From positions 122,155,626-122,219,625 of the forward strand of contig NC_068982.1 of the NCBI RefSeq assembly GCF_001194135.2: 64,000 nt of DNA, given 5' to 3'. The stretch comes from Octopus bimaculoides (lineage: Eukaryota). Of the stretch, positions 13,801 to 27,300 are shown in pieces; within the stretch, counting starts at the first letter, position 1; each line of letters begins with the position of its first letter. The notes beneath the pieces are model-generated. The model made no database searches. It worked only from the letters and a program-made list of their open reading frames with translations, and was not told the origin of the DNA. Made by a program: the position numbers and the translations under genes.

Positions 13801-16800
13801 ACAGTTGATTAGAGAGAAATCCAAGCAAGAACACAAATAAGAGCATGACTAATAGTAATAGAGGAATACCTATATTCAATATATAAGGATTTATTGTGAA
13901 ATCAATGAGAGTAGAAGAAATCTTACATTTTAAGTAGACCAACAAGGAATCAATACTTAAGGTGTATTGTAATCCTTAATACAACCAATTATATGATTAT
14001 CCAAGTACTAATGACTAGTTAGTACTTGGATAATCATATGATAATTAGATGGTTCCATCTTTGAAGCAACCTAATTAGTTATAAAGACAGAACTAGTAAT
14101 AACATATTATCTAAAGAATGGTATGAATGCTTCTAGATTCTTGCACATCTTTTTTGATTGCTGAACAGTCTTGATTGCATTCTCCCCCCCCCNNNNNNNN
14201 NNNNNNNNNNNNNNNNNNNNNNNNNNNNNNNNNNNNNNNNNNNNNNNNNNNNNNNNNNNNNNNNNNNNNNNNNNNNNNNNNNNNNNNNNNNNNNNNNNNN
14301 NNNNNNNNNNNNNNNNNNNNNNNNNNNNNNNNNNNNNNNNNNNNNNNNNAAAAAAAAAACACAAACAGTGTTGATACTATCCCTCCCCTCCCCAGTTGAA
14401 AGGACTTTGTCTTGTTTTGCAAGTTACTTGGTAACCTCACTGGTGCTGGTGCCACAAAAAAGCATGCAGTACACACTGTAAAGTGATTGGTGTTAGGAAG
14501 GGCATCTAGCCACAGAAACCATGCCAAAACAGATGCTAGACCTTGGCTCAACCTTCTGGTTTGCCAGCTCCAATCACTGCCCAACCCATGCCAGCATGGA
14601 AAATGGATGTTAAATGGTGACATTGATGATGATGCTGATGATGTTGACGATACATATCAAATATGCAAGTCAGCATTCAGTAACAACCTGACATCACCAG
14701 CCAAATCTCTTTCTTAACTCTTATAGAAGTATTACAAGTTCCTGTATTCCAGGCTTAATACTATCCTCTCCTAAATCCCACATGCCTTTCCAACATTTCA
14801 CCCACTAAACACATTTCCAAATCTAAATCTGCACCAAATGTTTTCTTTTCAGCTTTTAGCTGGAAATAATTTCAACTAAATATTCTTTTCTACTCTAGGC
14901 ACAAGGCCCGAAATTTGGGGGGAGGGGGCCAGTTGATTAGATCGACCCCAGTATGCAACTGGTACTTAATTTATGACCCCCAAAAGGATGAAAGGTAAAG
15001 TCAACCTCGGTGGAATTTGGACTCAGAACATAGATAAACTACCACTAAGCATTTCACCCAGCATGCTAACGTTTCTGCCAGCTCACTGCCTTAATTTCAA
15101 CTAAATATTAACTGTATCAACTTCATTTAGATATTCCCACAACACTTTCTAGAGATGCTAAAGATTAAAAATTTGGGCATTTTCCCTTCGCTTTCTCTTA
15201 CCAACTAACAAATAATAAACAATACAATACTTTACAGTATGATAGAAGAGTAGTTTGCCACTGTGTAAGGGTAGTTTTTAACAATATAGAATGTCCATTA
15301 TCCATATGAACCGACCAGTTAATAATAGCAGCCAAGCCATTACATGACCATGCAACCAGATAATAGCAGCTAAATCTTCTTCATATCACACCCTTCTCTC
15401 TTATAAAAAAAAAATAACACATTGAATAGTTTTGTTTGTAATTACACTATGTGCAAATAAATATAAAATATAAGATAGCCATGGGTGTAGTATTGTGATC
15501 ACAGGTTTGATAATACAAGTTGACCCGGGTCATATGCAACAATACAACAATCATTATCCATGCTAATCCTTTTCAGTTAGCTCTATTCTCGTCTCTCCTG
15601 CAAGATAACTAAAAGAGATTATGGCCATTGCACTGCCTCCATTCAGACTAACAAATAAACAAAAAGTTTTAATAAGGATGTAATCTAGAAGTGTATCACT
15701 TACCTTTCTTATTATACATAGCTGCTACATCTAGAGGAGTTGCTGAAACTTTATTAACCATCTGTATATTAGCTCCAGCCTGAAATACATTGAAAAAGTG
15801 CATTTAAAAAAAAAAGGTTTTTAGTTCAAATTTCAAGATAAATGAGAGAATATTGATTTCTAGTACAGACACAAGACCACACATTTTAGGAGAATGAAAT
15901 CAACCTAGATACTTGAGTTGTGTTTGTTTTAACATCCCAGAAAGATGAATCTTGGTGGGATAGTTAGTTGGGTAATATTATTAATTCTTTGTGTTACAAA
16001 TATATGTAAGATTTAATAATGATACTGTAGTGGTGATCTGAAACCTAACTGCTAGATACTTGGCCAGACATCATGAGTAAACCACCACAGTTTCATGTGA
16101 TGGATCTATAAATCAACGAATCAGCGTGAGGTTGTGGTGTGATGTGGTTTTCATGAATGCTCAACAATTTAACCTCTTGTCCCCAATAAAAACTGTTTCT
16201 AGCACTCAATTCACTTCAGAGTATTGAAGGTGGCGGCTGACTGATTCATTTTCCTTCCCTTTTGCCATGCAGATGGTTCTGGACATTTGTGCAGACAACT
16301 TCAGCTTCTCAGACAGACTGTCTGTCCTGAACATTCACACAATATTGCATAAGTAACTTCTATGGATGCAGCATAGTTTCTCTCTCTCCTATTTGGCAGT
16401 TTTAAATATTGTTCATTGTAAATAGCCAACACTAAATATCATTATATTCAGCAATAAATATCAAGTTAAATGTTCATAAGTTTGCTTCAGTTATTATTCT
16501 TGCAACCAACAATGACATCCATATGTACACTACACATCTATATATATATAAAATTGAGAATATATGTCTGTGTGCCTGCGTGTGTGTGTGTCTGTGTGAA
16601 TTCCTAAAACTCCAGAACTACACAACCAATTTCATTCAAATTTTACGGTTGTGTTTTAGTAAAAAAACAATTTAACTTCTTGCATACTTCCAACCCACAG
16701 CAACATCATACCTCCTCCACTATTTAAGTATTACGTGTCAAAAGTGAAACAAAAACACTCATGTCATTCGAACCAAATAAAAATTACTTGTTGTTAATAA

Positions 16801-17940
16801 AGCCACCCAACATACTCCTGAAGTGTACCTTCATTGACCAACTCAAATGACATGCAAACCTCTCAACAATACTTATTATCATTATTTCTTATATCAACAC
16901 AAGTCAAACATTTATAAGAATGAAGGTAGTTGTAATGAAAGCATGTTGGTAGTAATAAACAGTTATTGTTTTTGTGTAGCCCCAGATCAGTTCTATTCAG
17001 CAAAGCTAGGACACAGGTAGTTGACAAAATAATTAAGAGCAGCCCACAGATTTGTTCTTGCTGATAAACTATGCCTCTGCCTAGCTGAGGGTTGAACATG
17101 TAATTTAAGAATATAGAGTGCAGTATGAAATTTTCGGCATGTTGTGTTCTCTCCATGTCCAGTCTATTTATACCTGTAAATTCTGCTGGTGACCTTAACA
17201 GTCTCTCTCAGATGCTATACCTCTTGTTGATGATAAAGTTGTGTGTTGGTTGTTATGAAGATGCGACATGTTATGCTTCTGTAGTAATAACGTGTGTATT
17301 GTACATATGTTTGTAAAGGGGTGGGTGAATACTCTAATATGATATTGTAATGTCTTCCAAATTAGTTTCAGTGACAACTTTAAATTAAACTGTGACTCAA
17401 TGAAGAACATTAGCATATATTTTAAACTTCAATGTACTTAGAAACATTCAGTTAATGTGGTCATCAAAATTCCATATTCCACAGACTGATGTAGAATTGC
17501 TGTATAAAATCTCAATATACTGTTGCCTGTTAGTCTATGTTGGTTGAAGGCCTTCTTATCAATGCTGGAAAAGTGAACTTCTTAACCATTCAACCATACT
17601 GCACCAGCAGAGGGGCAAGCATGAGTGTGTGAAGCTAAGAAGTTTGCTTTGCAACTATGTGGTTTTGGGTTCAGTCTCACTGCACAGCACTTTCAACATG
17701 TATTTTATTATCATCCTAGATTGACCAATTTCTAGAGTGAATTTGGTAGACAGAAACTGTGTGGAAGTTTTCTCTTAACTAAGTAGTTTGGCAAAAAGAG
17801 ACTGATGGAATAGATACCAAATGTAAAATATGTGCTGGATTCAATTTGTTCAAATAAATCCTTCAATACAATGGTCCAATATAGCCACAGTTCAATGCCT
17901 GAAACAAGCTAAAGAAATAACAGAAAAACATGTGTGCATG

Positions 17941-17979
<39 letters not shown>

Positions 17980-20900
17980 ACGTGTGTGTGCGTGTGTGCG
18001 TGTGTGCTCACATTAATATTGATTTTCCACATCTCTGCCAGTTATCATTTGAGTAAAACGATGATATGATGATTGTATCACTGTGAAATTAAAAAAAATC
18101 CCTTATTTGAAAAATAGGTAATGGTTGGCATCAAGAAGAGCCTCTGGCAGTGAAACCCTGTCTCAAAAAATATGGTAAGATGGACATAAAATGAATGAAC
18201 ATACAAAGAAAAAAAAGAAAAGAAAAAGAAAAAGCATACACTTTACATTCATTCATTCAAGTGGTGATGTTTTTAGTTGAATGGAAATGATATTACACTA
18301 ATGCTTTGTGAGAGATTTGAAACAAATATGAAATAGCTACCGTTAAAAGTTTCAGCATAACTAAAACTCTGTTATCACAGTCACATTGGCAAGCAATATG
18401 GAGAGGTGTATTACCATCACTGTTCTGTATGTTCACCTGCAATTTAAAGAAATACATTCATTTAGAAGATTGATACAAACACACACACATTTATAAGGGA
18501 AAGTAGAGGATTATTGAAACCCCCCACCACTGTCTATCGTTTGCTTCAGTACCAATACCTAGCTCTTGGGTGCAGTTAGAAAATCCTCATGGCTGCAAAC
18601 ATTTGAACCAGTTCTCTGGTCCAAGAATAACTCAATGCTTTGATGTATTGTTGCCTGTTGCATGTATCCAAGTTTAATGCCAGTACTCGTTAGAGGGTAC
18701 AGGTGGAAGTGGTTCTTCAGCTGAAGGTCTCTTCTGAATAAGACAATAAACTAGCTCAGTAAATAACACTTCAACTGACTGTCCTATTTTCTGACATGTG
18801 TGCCTGTGTCCAGGAAACAATTTATAGTGAACAAAGCAGTGGTGATACTATTACTATATGCAGTGGAATTGTGCCAGTGATCAGGTTAGAAATGTGTGAT
18901 GGAAACTAATGATACTGTATAGTATACATATACAAAACTGTTAAAAGAACACAAAGTGAATACAACTGTATAAGTCTGTTTTTAAATGTCTAACATGACT
19001 ATTCTGTGATAAAACTGTTAAATTATCAATGTTGAGGTGGTGTTTGAATTTTCTCTGTTAATAAATCATTAATGAAAAAGATTTTTTAGTAAGGATACCT
19101 ACTTTACTTCCATTTTGCAGAAGAAGTTCCATCAAGTCAGCTCGGCCACAAAACACAGCCATATGAAGAGCGGTATTTCTGGAAGATAAAACAGTATTAA
19201 ATATACATCAGAATCAAATGAAAGTCCTCTGGAGAAATACTGTAACTGTATATTTCTAAATTATCAACTGAGATTCTAGTGTGTCTAAGCAGATTGATAC
19301 TCACAGTGGTTTATTGATGGACATGCACTTTCAAACACTCTATGGGAGATGATTACCAGAAGGAAGAGAAACAAAGTTGATAATTATAATCTCACATTGG
19401 CTTATGGCCTTAGATTTATAAGGTAAGGGATTCTGTTAATTAATTAATTAGATAATTAAGTGCCTGACTGGTATTTCATGACCATATTGTGATATAAACA
19501 TAAACCAGAGTATATTAAAACAATCTGGCTACAATATTTAGAGACTGTGTCTGTCCAGGCTGATAAGGGAGATCAAAGCAAACTATCTAGATTTAATTAT
19601 GAAAGACAGGAACAAATATTTTAACTAATAAAGTAAAAGGACCTTAAAATGAAAATAAGCAAGATATAGAGTGTAAAAGTTAAAACAGTAACAATAGTTA
19701 TTGCAGCACTAGGTTTGATAAAGAAATATATGGACAAAAATATAAAAACCACACCATGGCTTATAAACTCTACACAGTCAAAAAAAAATAGCCCTGCTAA
19801 GTATAACCCTTGTCCTATGCAAGAAAATTTCAATTTAATAGTAGTACATATCATAAGTACACTTTCTGCACAACACAGATAATACATACTCAACACAACT
19901 GACCTCCAATAATAGCATACGGGCCCCTACATATGTACTTTATAGAATCAGCATCTAACACTAATGCATCATGCAACACACACAAAACACAATCACCAAA
20001 CTGTTACAATTTACCATCCAATATACATTGTGTTTATATATTACTAAGCAACTCTATTGTAACCTTCTCATCTTTTTTTTTTTCCACAAAAGTAAGTCAG
20101 GTATGGTGTAAGCATGGTTGTGTGGTTAAAAAGCTTGCTTCCCAATCATGTTATCTTGAGTTCAGTCCCACAATGTGGCATCTTGTGCAAGTGTCTTCTA
20201 CTATTGTACCAGGTCAACCAAATTTTTGTGAGTAGATTTGATAGACAGAAATTGAGAGAAGGCCATATATATATATATGTGTGTGTGTGTATGTCTGTGT
20301 GTCTGTATGGTGTTTGTCCCTCTTCATCTTGATATCATGAGATAGTTGTAAACAAGTGTAACTGTCATAAAAGTGGTATCATTTGTTTCTGGTCTTCTAC
20401 GAAAACATGTCTGCTCATGGGGAAATATTACCTTGCTTGGAAACAAGTAAGGGTTGGCAAAAGGAAGAGCATCTTTCTGTAGGAAATTTCCCTCAACAAA
20501 TTCTGTCTGACCCATGCAAGTATGGAAAATTGGATATGATGATGATGATGATGATGATTCAGAAGAGGAAGGGCAGCATCCAAAGATTGATGGTAAGAAG
20601 TGAGGAATTTATCTTCAGACAGAAAATCTGGCCTGAATGGTCACAACAGAGCAGACTCCACTAAAAGCACCCTCGAGAGCCACAAGTGGTGGTGTTAAAA
20701 TGAGTGATAGATTAAGTCTACCATCTATTTCTATCATATAATGAATAATATCTCTAATACCTGACAACTCCATCAACTGAAAAGATCACTTATTTACCTG
20801 TAATTTTTTGATGTTCATTGGATGAGAATTAATCTAATACAAGCAAAATCTCATACCTATGCACAACTCACTACCACCACAACCAACTTCAAGCAACCAC

Positions 20901-22676
20901 AAAATGAATAAAGGCATAAGGTGAGTCCTCTCTTGAATATGACTCCTGTCTATTGAAAGTAAATTTTTCTTAACCATTTTGTTACCGTATTTCTGCTGGA
21001 ATATACTGACTTTGTTTCAATTAATTTTGAAAATATTTAGGAAGTTAGTAAAATAACTTTGTTTGGAACAGAGTAACATGAAATTTTGATTGAAGGTTTT
21101 AATTTAGACCACTTTAGACAGGAAGTTTATATCATAGAACAAGGGGCAGTCTCAGGTGGACTGATATCTAATGGGTTAAAACATTTGGCACCATAGATAC
21201 AATGAAACATGGTAAATTTGCTCAGAAGACATGTGAGCTAGCAGTGCTTAGCTTGCTACATATAGTTATCTATAAACTTCTCACAATCCATATTCAGCTC
21301 ATTCATCATGTTAACAAATTTAATGTAGTGAACCAAGAAATTTTAATTAACATTACATTGATGACAAGAAAGAAGAATCAGGAACCTAACAAGTAACAAC
21401 TCTGTTTAAAAGTAAAAGAAATAAACAACAGTGGAAATAACCTTGAAAGTTTAATTAATTTAAATTAATTAAAAAACAAATGTAGGAGTCTGTGAGTCTG
21501 ATCTTGACTGTATGGTGACAACTCAAGATATGTTTTGATCTTATTAGACCTCTTCAGAGAAGTATGGTTTATATTTATACTGCCAGACAAAATGACTTGA
21601 TTGATATATTGACCTTTCGATGAATAAAATCTGAGTGGCATAATAACTTGAAAGAAGGATTAGGTATCTTGTGGTGCTACAGATCATAATAGGAACAGTC
21701 ACTGTATAATTTAGTAAATATTAAATGGTCTGATAACTTAAAAGAACTAGGTACAATGTGGAAGTACATTGTGAATAATTGCAGAGACAGATACAGTAAA
21801 ATTAAGTCATATAATAATCATTTAACTGGATCTAGTAAAAAATACAAACAAAAACAATGAAAAAAAAACAAAACAAAACAAGGAAAAAACCTAAAAAGGT
21901 ATTCTAATTTAAATCAGAAAACAGAGGAACAACATACAACAAGGCATTGAGTCCAGTACTCTACCATTTCTGTGATTCCACTACTTTCTGCCACCCCACC
22001 ATCTATTATAACAACAACAAAAATAGAAGCAACAATTGGATGAAAGTAATATTGCTAACATGATTGTCTTAGTCTTGCACCTTAGAAATTGAGAAATATT
22101 ATTGTTTAGATAGAAAACACATAGGTAAAGATATTATCTCAAAATATTTTCTCTGTGTAGAATAACACACTTTTACCAAATTTTAACAATGGTATTTGTT
22201 TCTCATTCTTTCTTTGATTTTAATTTCAAATAAAATGAGTTGCTGCCATTTTCAGAAGAACAAATTTGGAGAGGAAAAAAAAAGAAATATAAATTGCTTT
22301 TTACTAATCATAACTAATTTACTTTGCTCAGAGCAATGAACAAGAAATTTGTAAGAAATCAATAACTTTAAGATTAGAAATAATAGGAATTTTCTATTCC
22401 AGAAATTCCTGCTATATTGAGACTAAGTGGAATATTTTAAGAAAATTGCAACACAAAATTACTTTTATCAGACTTTCACAGTTTCAAGATGAAGGATTTG
22501 AGATGAAATCAATATGTTTAATTTCAAATTGTTGTTTGTATTCCTTTTCTTCTTTATAATCTTCTCTCTGTCCAGTTCAGATAGTTGTAATTGGCCTGTT
22601 TTCCAACTATATTATATTTTGAAGTCATATACTTGTTTAAAATATACATCTACACTTAGTCATTTATTCTTCCCTG

Positions 22677-22714
<38 letters not shown>

Positions 22715-24293
22715 AGCATGTGCATGCATGCATACACACAAACATATGCACTCAGAAATACACAATGACACTTGAAACTGCTTATGCAGGTTTTTAACCT
22801 TTCAAAGATTGGTAAAATAGAAAACAAAAAACAAAAACAAAGGTGAGGGAAAAATATGATCTAAACCTACTGATCAATAAAATAACATTTTTGAAGACAT
22901 GAATATAAATATTCTGTTAAAAATATTTTTCTTAATAGTAACAACATTTTTATATTCACCAAATAAGGTGTGTAATGTGCTTTTGTTGTTGTTAGAGTCT
23001 AAATAGAAATCAAGGTTGTTGTCTTAAATAAACAATATGTGTCTGCTTATCATAGTTCTAATCATTCTCACCAACATAACTAGAATAATCACTGTCATTA
23101 TTCTTGCTTTCATTGTCATAGTTGTGATTATCATAATGCAGTGGTTTCCAAACTTTTTCAGGTTGCTGCCTCACCTTGACACCTGGGCCACTTTCCTAGT
23201 GCCCCTACCCTAACTAACCACCACAAACATAGACCTCCTTCTGAAGTAAATTCAAAGCAACTGTATTTTACAAATAAAACTTAACCTAATGAACCCATTA
23301 TTTTGTTGTTTTTACATAAATCGCTACCCCATTATTGCCTCACTTTTTACATGAATGTATGTATGTACTCTTGATGGCCATTAGCATGCATCACTATGAT
23401 ACTGGCAATGTTGTCTGTTTCCAGTCTTCCATGGTCAGACATAAAAAACACATCTGACCATGGTCAGGTATTACATCACCTATTTCAAGGTGAGGGTTGG
23501 TGAGAGGAAGGCCATCTGGTTGTACAAAATCTGCTTCAATAAATTCCATCTGACTCATGCAAGCATGGACAAGTGAATGTTAAAATGATGATGATGATGA
23601 TGATATGTGTACGTCTGTGTAGAAACATTCAGTAAGACCCATAGTGGAGTACTTGCTTGTATGTATGCAGTAGTGTTCCAACTGCAGACAGAGACATCCT
23701 AGGCTGGATGTATTTGACTGATTGTCAATGATTTATTCTCTAAAAACTGGGCCAAAAATGTATGCTTTTCCCCTTTTTACATTCTCTACTCTTCTGACTT
23801 GGCCCACTTGCCTATGTCTCACTTGTTCCAGTCACTGCACTGTGTCTAACTGCACAAAGTTTGTGTAAATTACTTTGTCTAGTATTTTCTCCTTAGGACT
23901 ATAAATCTCTAGAATCCTCTCTCTTCTCATACTTTTCTTGCAAATGTTGATCTGTTTATACTGAGCATCAACTGCATCATTCTCACCAACTAGGTAGGGT
24001 CACAAAGGTTGGACACTGGCCATCTTCTGGTTAATCATTTAAAAAAGCAATGTAATGGCTTTATAAGTAAAAAATTATCTTTTATGTTTTACTTGTTTTA
24101 ATCACTGGACTGCAGCCATGCTGGGATACAGCCTTGAAGGGTTTTAGTTGAACAAATCACCTCCAGGACTTCTGTATTTATTCTTTTTCAAAGTACTTAT
24201 TCTATTTATCACTTTTGCCAACCCATCAAGTTACATGGACATAAATAAACCAACACAATTTGTTAAGCAGTGGTAGGAAACAAACACAACATG

Positions 24294-24324
<31 letters not shown>

Positions 24325-27300
24325 TGATGTGCTTCTTTCAGTTTCCATCTACCAAATCCACTCACAAGGTATTGGTCAGCTCAGGGCTATAGTAGAAGAC
24401 ACCAACCCAAGATGTCACACTGTGAGACTGAACCCAAAACCATGTGGTTGGGAAGCAAACGTCTTAACACACAGCCATACCTAAGTTTAAATCCTGTAAT
24501 ATTTGAGGCATTGTGGTCAAGCCCCTACTGAGGCACCACTTTCAATTCATTAAAGAGTTTCTTGTATACATAAATCATTACTTACCCTTTAAAATCCTGT
24601 TCATTGGGATCAGCAAAAGAAGCAAGTAACAACTGGCTGATTTCTTTTAATTCTGAAATTATAGGAAAAATAATAGATTTTTATTTTGTTTTTGTTTTAT
24701 TTAATTTGATTTGAGAATTTTTTGGATCAATATGTCTCTGTCTTTTATTATTTGTATTGTATGTGCTTTGGTTTAAATAGTTATTTATGTTCAACTCTGT
24801 CCAAACCTTTTTCTCAACCTTGTCACTGATACCTTCCTTCTTCCAGTTCCCTACAAAACTCCCCATCCTCTTTTCTTGCTTACCATCCCACATTCCTCCA
24901 CCTAGAATCATCACCTACTCTCTCTTCTGTTCACCCTCATTAATAGGAGCCACTTTAGGCCCTTAGTCTAGCAACTTATGAAGCAATCTTCACTAGTTCT
25001 GCTGCCATGAAGAAGCATCAAGCACATTCTGTAAAATAGTAGGCATTAGGAAGGGTGTCCAGCCATAGAACCCATACCAAAGTGGACATTGACAGATAAT
25101 TCGCTTCTTTCCTTCAACTTCTCAGGCCCTGTCAAACTGTCTAATCTATGCTAGCATGGAAGCTGGACATTAAATGACTATTGATAATGATGATGATGAT
25201 GACGATGATGACGACAATGATGATAATGGAGAAGTGATTTTATATTCTTGTAAAACTTGGATTAATGCAAGATTAATTTGAGAGCATGAATGATCATATC
25301 TTTTATGTTACAACTTACAAACATCAACATGCATTTATGTTGCACCTATATGTACATACAAATATTCATGCATGGCTGTAGAGTTAAAACAATTACTTTT
25401 CAACTGCATGGTTTTGGGTTCTATCCTATTGTTCAGCACCTTGGGCTTATACCATGACCCTGGGTGAACAAAAGCCTTGTGAGTGAAGCTTGGTCAACAG
25501 AGGCTATGTGGAAGCCTGTTAGAAGAAGATTAATCCATTACATAGTTTAACANNNNNNNNNNNNNNNNNNNNNNNNNNNNNNNNNNNNNNNNNNNNNNNN
25601 NNNNNNNNNNNNNNNNNNNNNNNNNNNNNNNNNNNNNNNNNNNNNNNNNNNNNNNNNNNNNNNNNNNNNNNNNNNNNNNNNNNNNNNNNNNCTAAGCCAT
25701 TAAAATGCAAAACATTACATACCTGCAAAACTCATTCAGTTATTTGATCAACCAAATTCCCTGCTCATTGAATGAGTGTGTAACTGAGCATTTTGCAGAC
25801 ACATGTACCTTTTATGTAATTCTTAAACAGAATCAAGGTATATTGAACCAAGGCTGTAGAAAATAACATTTAACCAGGATGTTGTGCAGTGAAATTGAAT
25901 CCTGGGCCTTATGGTTGTGAAGAGAAGTTCTCAACCATTCAACCATACAGACACACATCCACTACAAAGTCCAGTCCTTATTGTGGTGTGATAGCTAGTG
26001 TACCTCAATGACCCAGAGAACTGCTTCAGCAGAACACAAGCTCCCGACAGGGTTTTTCATTCTGGACCAGCCAAAGGATAGAGGCCAAACTAATATGGAC
26101 CACCTCTTTCTAGAGATGAAAATGGGTTTGTGTAGGGCAAACAAGCCTACCTTGAAAAAGAGTCAAGTTACAGAAGCATCAATGACAATTTGTAACCAAC
26201 AAAATCTGGAGAAAGAAAGCCTTCCCTCAGGAAAAGAATGTGATGCAGTTGCAGAAAAAATCCAAAAGAAAACCAACATCCTGCACCACACACCAGGCCT
26301 TGATCTGGAAACCATAAGGAAGGCAAAAGAGAGGGTGACCCAGAAATTGGTGAACCAAAACTAAAAAAGCAAGGATCCAAATGGAGAGAAGTACAAATGA
26401 AAACCCAGTCAAAAACAGTGAAGAAAAGTTGATGGCCTATACTTCATATGGAGCAAAGGGTTTAACCCTTTGGAATTCAGATTATTCTGCCAATTATAAA
26501 GCTTATTTATACAAATTGTTTTGAATTAAGCATGCATTAGTTTGTAGTTTTGAGATTTTGATGATGTGAATGTTTATTTTCAGAATGACATTGCAAAGTA
26601 GGTGTAATAGGCCAGATTTGGCTGGTTTGGACAAAAGAGATTGAATATTTGGGTTGGATATGACTGGTTTAAATGCTAAAGGAGTAAGTAAGTAGTAACA
26701 GAAACACAGATACAATTAGATATAGAAGGAAATCTACCTATTTCAAAAATATGACAATGAAATAAAAAATATAAAATATAAATGCAGCACATTTGTTTGT
26801 TCTAAATACCAGCAGGACAGGTTCTAGTGTCTACAAACATAAAGACAGTCATATACCACCAATAATNNNNNNNNNNNNNNNNNNNNNNNNNNNNNNNNNN
26901 NNNNNNNNNNNNNNNNNNNNNNNNNNNNNNNNNNNNNNNNNNNNNNNNNNNNNNNNNNNNNNNNNNNNNNNNNNNNNNNNNNNNNNNNNNNNNNNNNNNN
27001 NNNNNNNNNNNNNNNNNNNNNNNNNNNNNNNNNNNNNNNNNNNNNNNNNNNNNNNNNNNNNNNNNNNNNNNNNNNNNNNNNNNNNNNNNNNNNNNNNNNN
27101 NNNNNNNNNNNNNNNNNNNNNNNNNNNNNNNNNNNNNNNNNNNNNNNNNNNNNNNNNNNNNNNNNNNNNNNNNNNNNNNNNNNNNNNNNNNNNNNNNNNN
27201 NNNNNNNNNNNNNNNNNNNNNNNNNNNNNNNNNNNNNNNNNNNNNNNNNNNNNNNNNNNNNNNNNNNNNNNNNNNNNNNNNNNNNNNNNNNNNNNNNNNN

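Noticed and set aside
21500-21830. Possible RLE-type (NeSL/R4-like) LINE C-terminal remnant
   Set aside because: Only two weak motif resemblances across frameshifts; not supportable
26008-26364. 118-aa plus-strand ORF
   Set aside because: No recognisable domain. It lies antisense in an intron and its DNA resembles a decayed LINE 5' region. No evidence of a gene.
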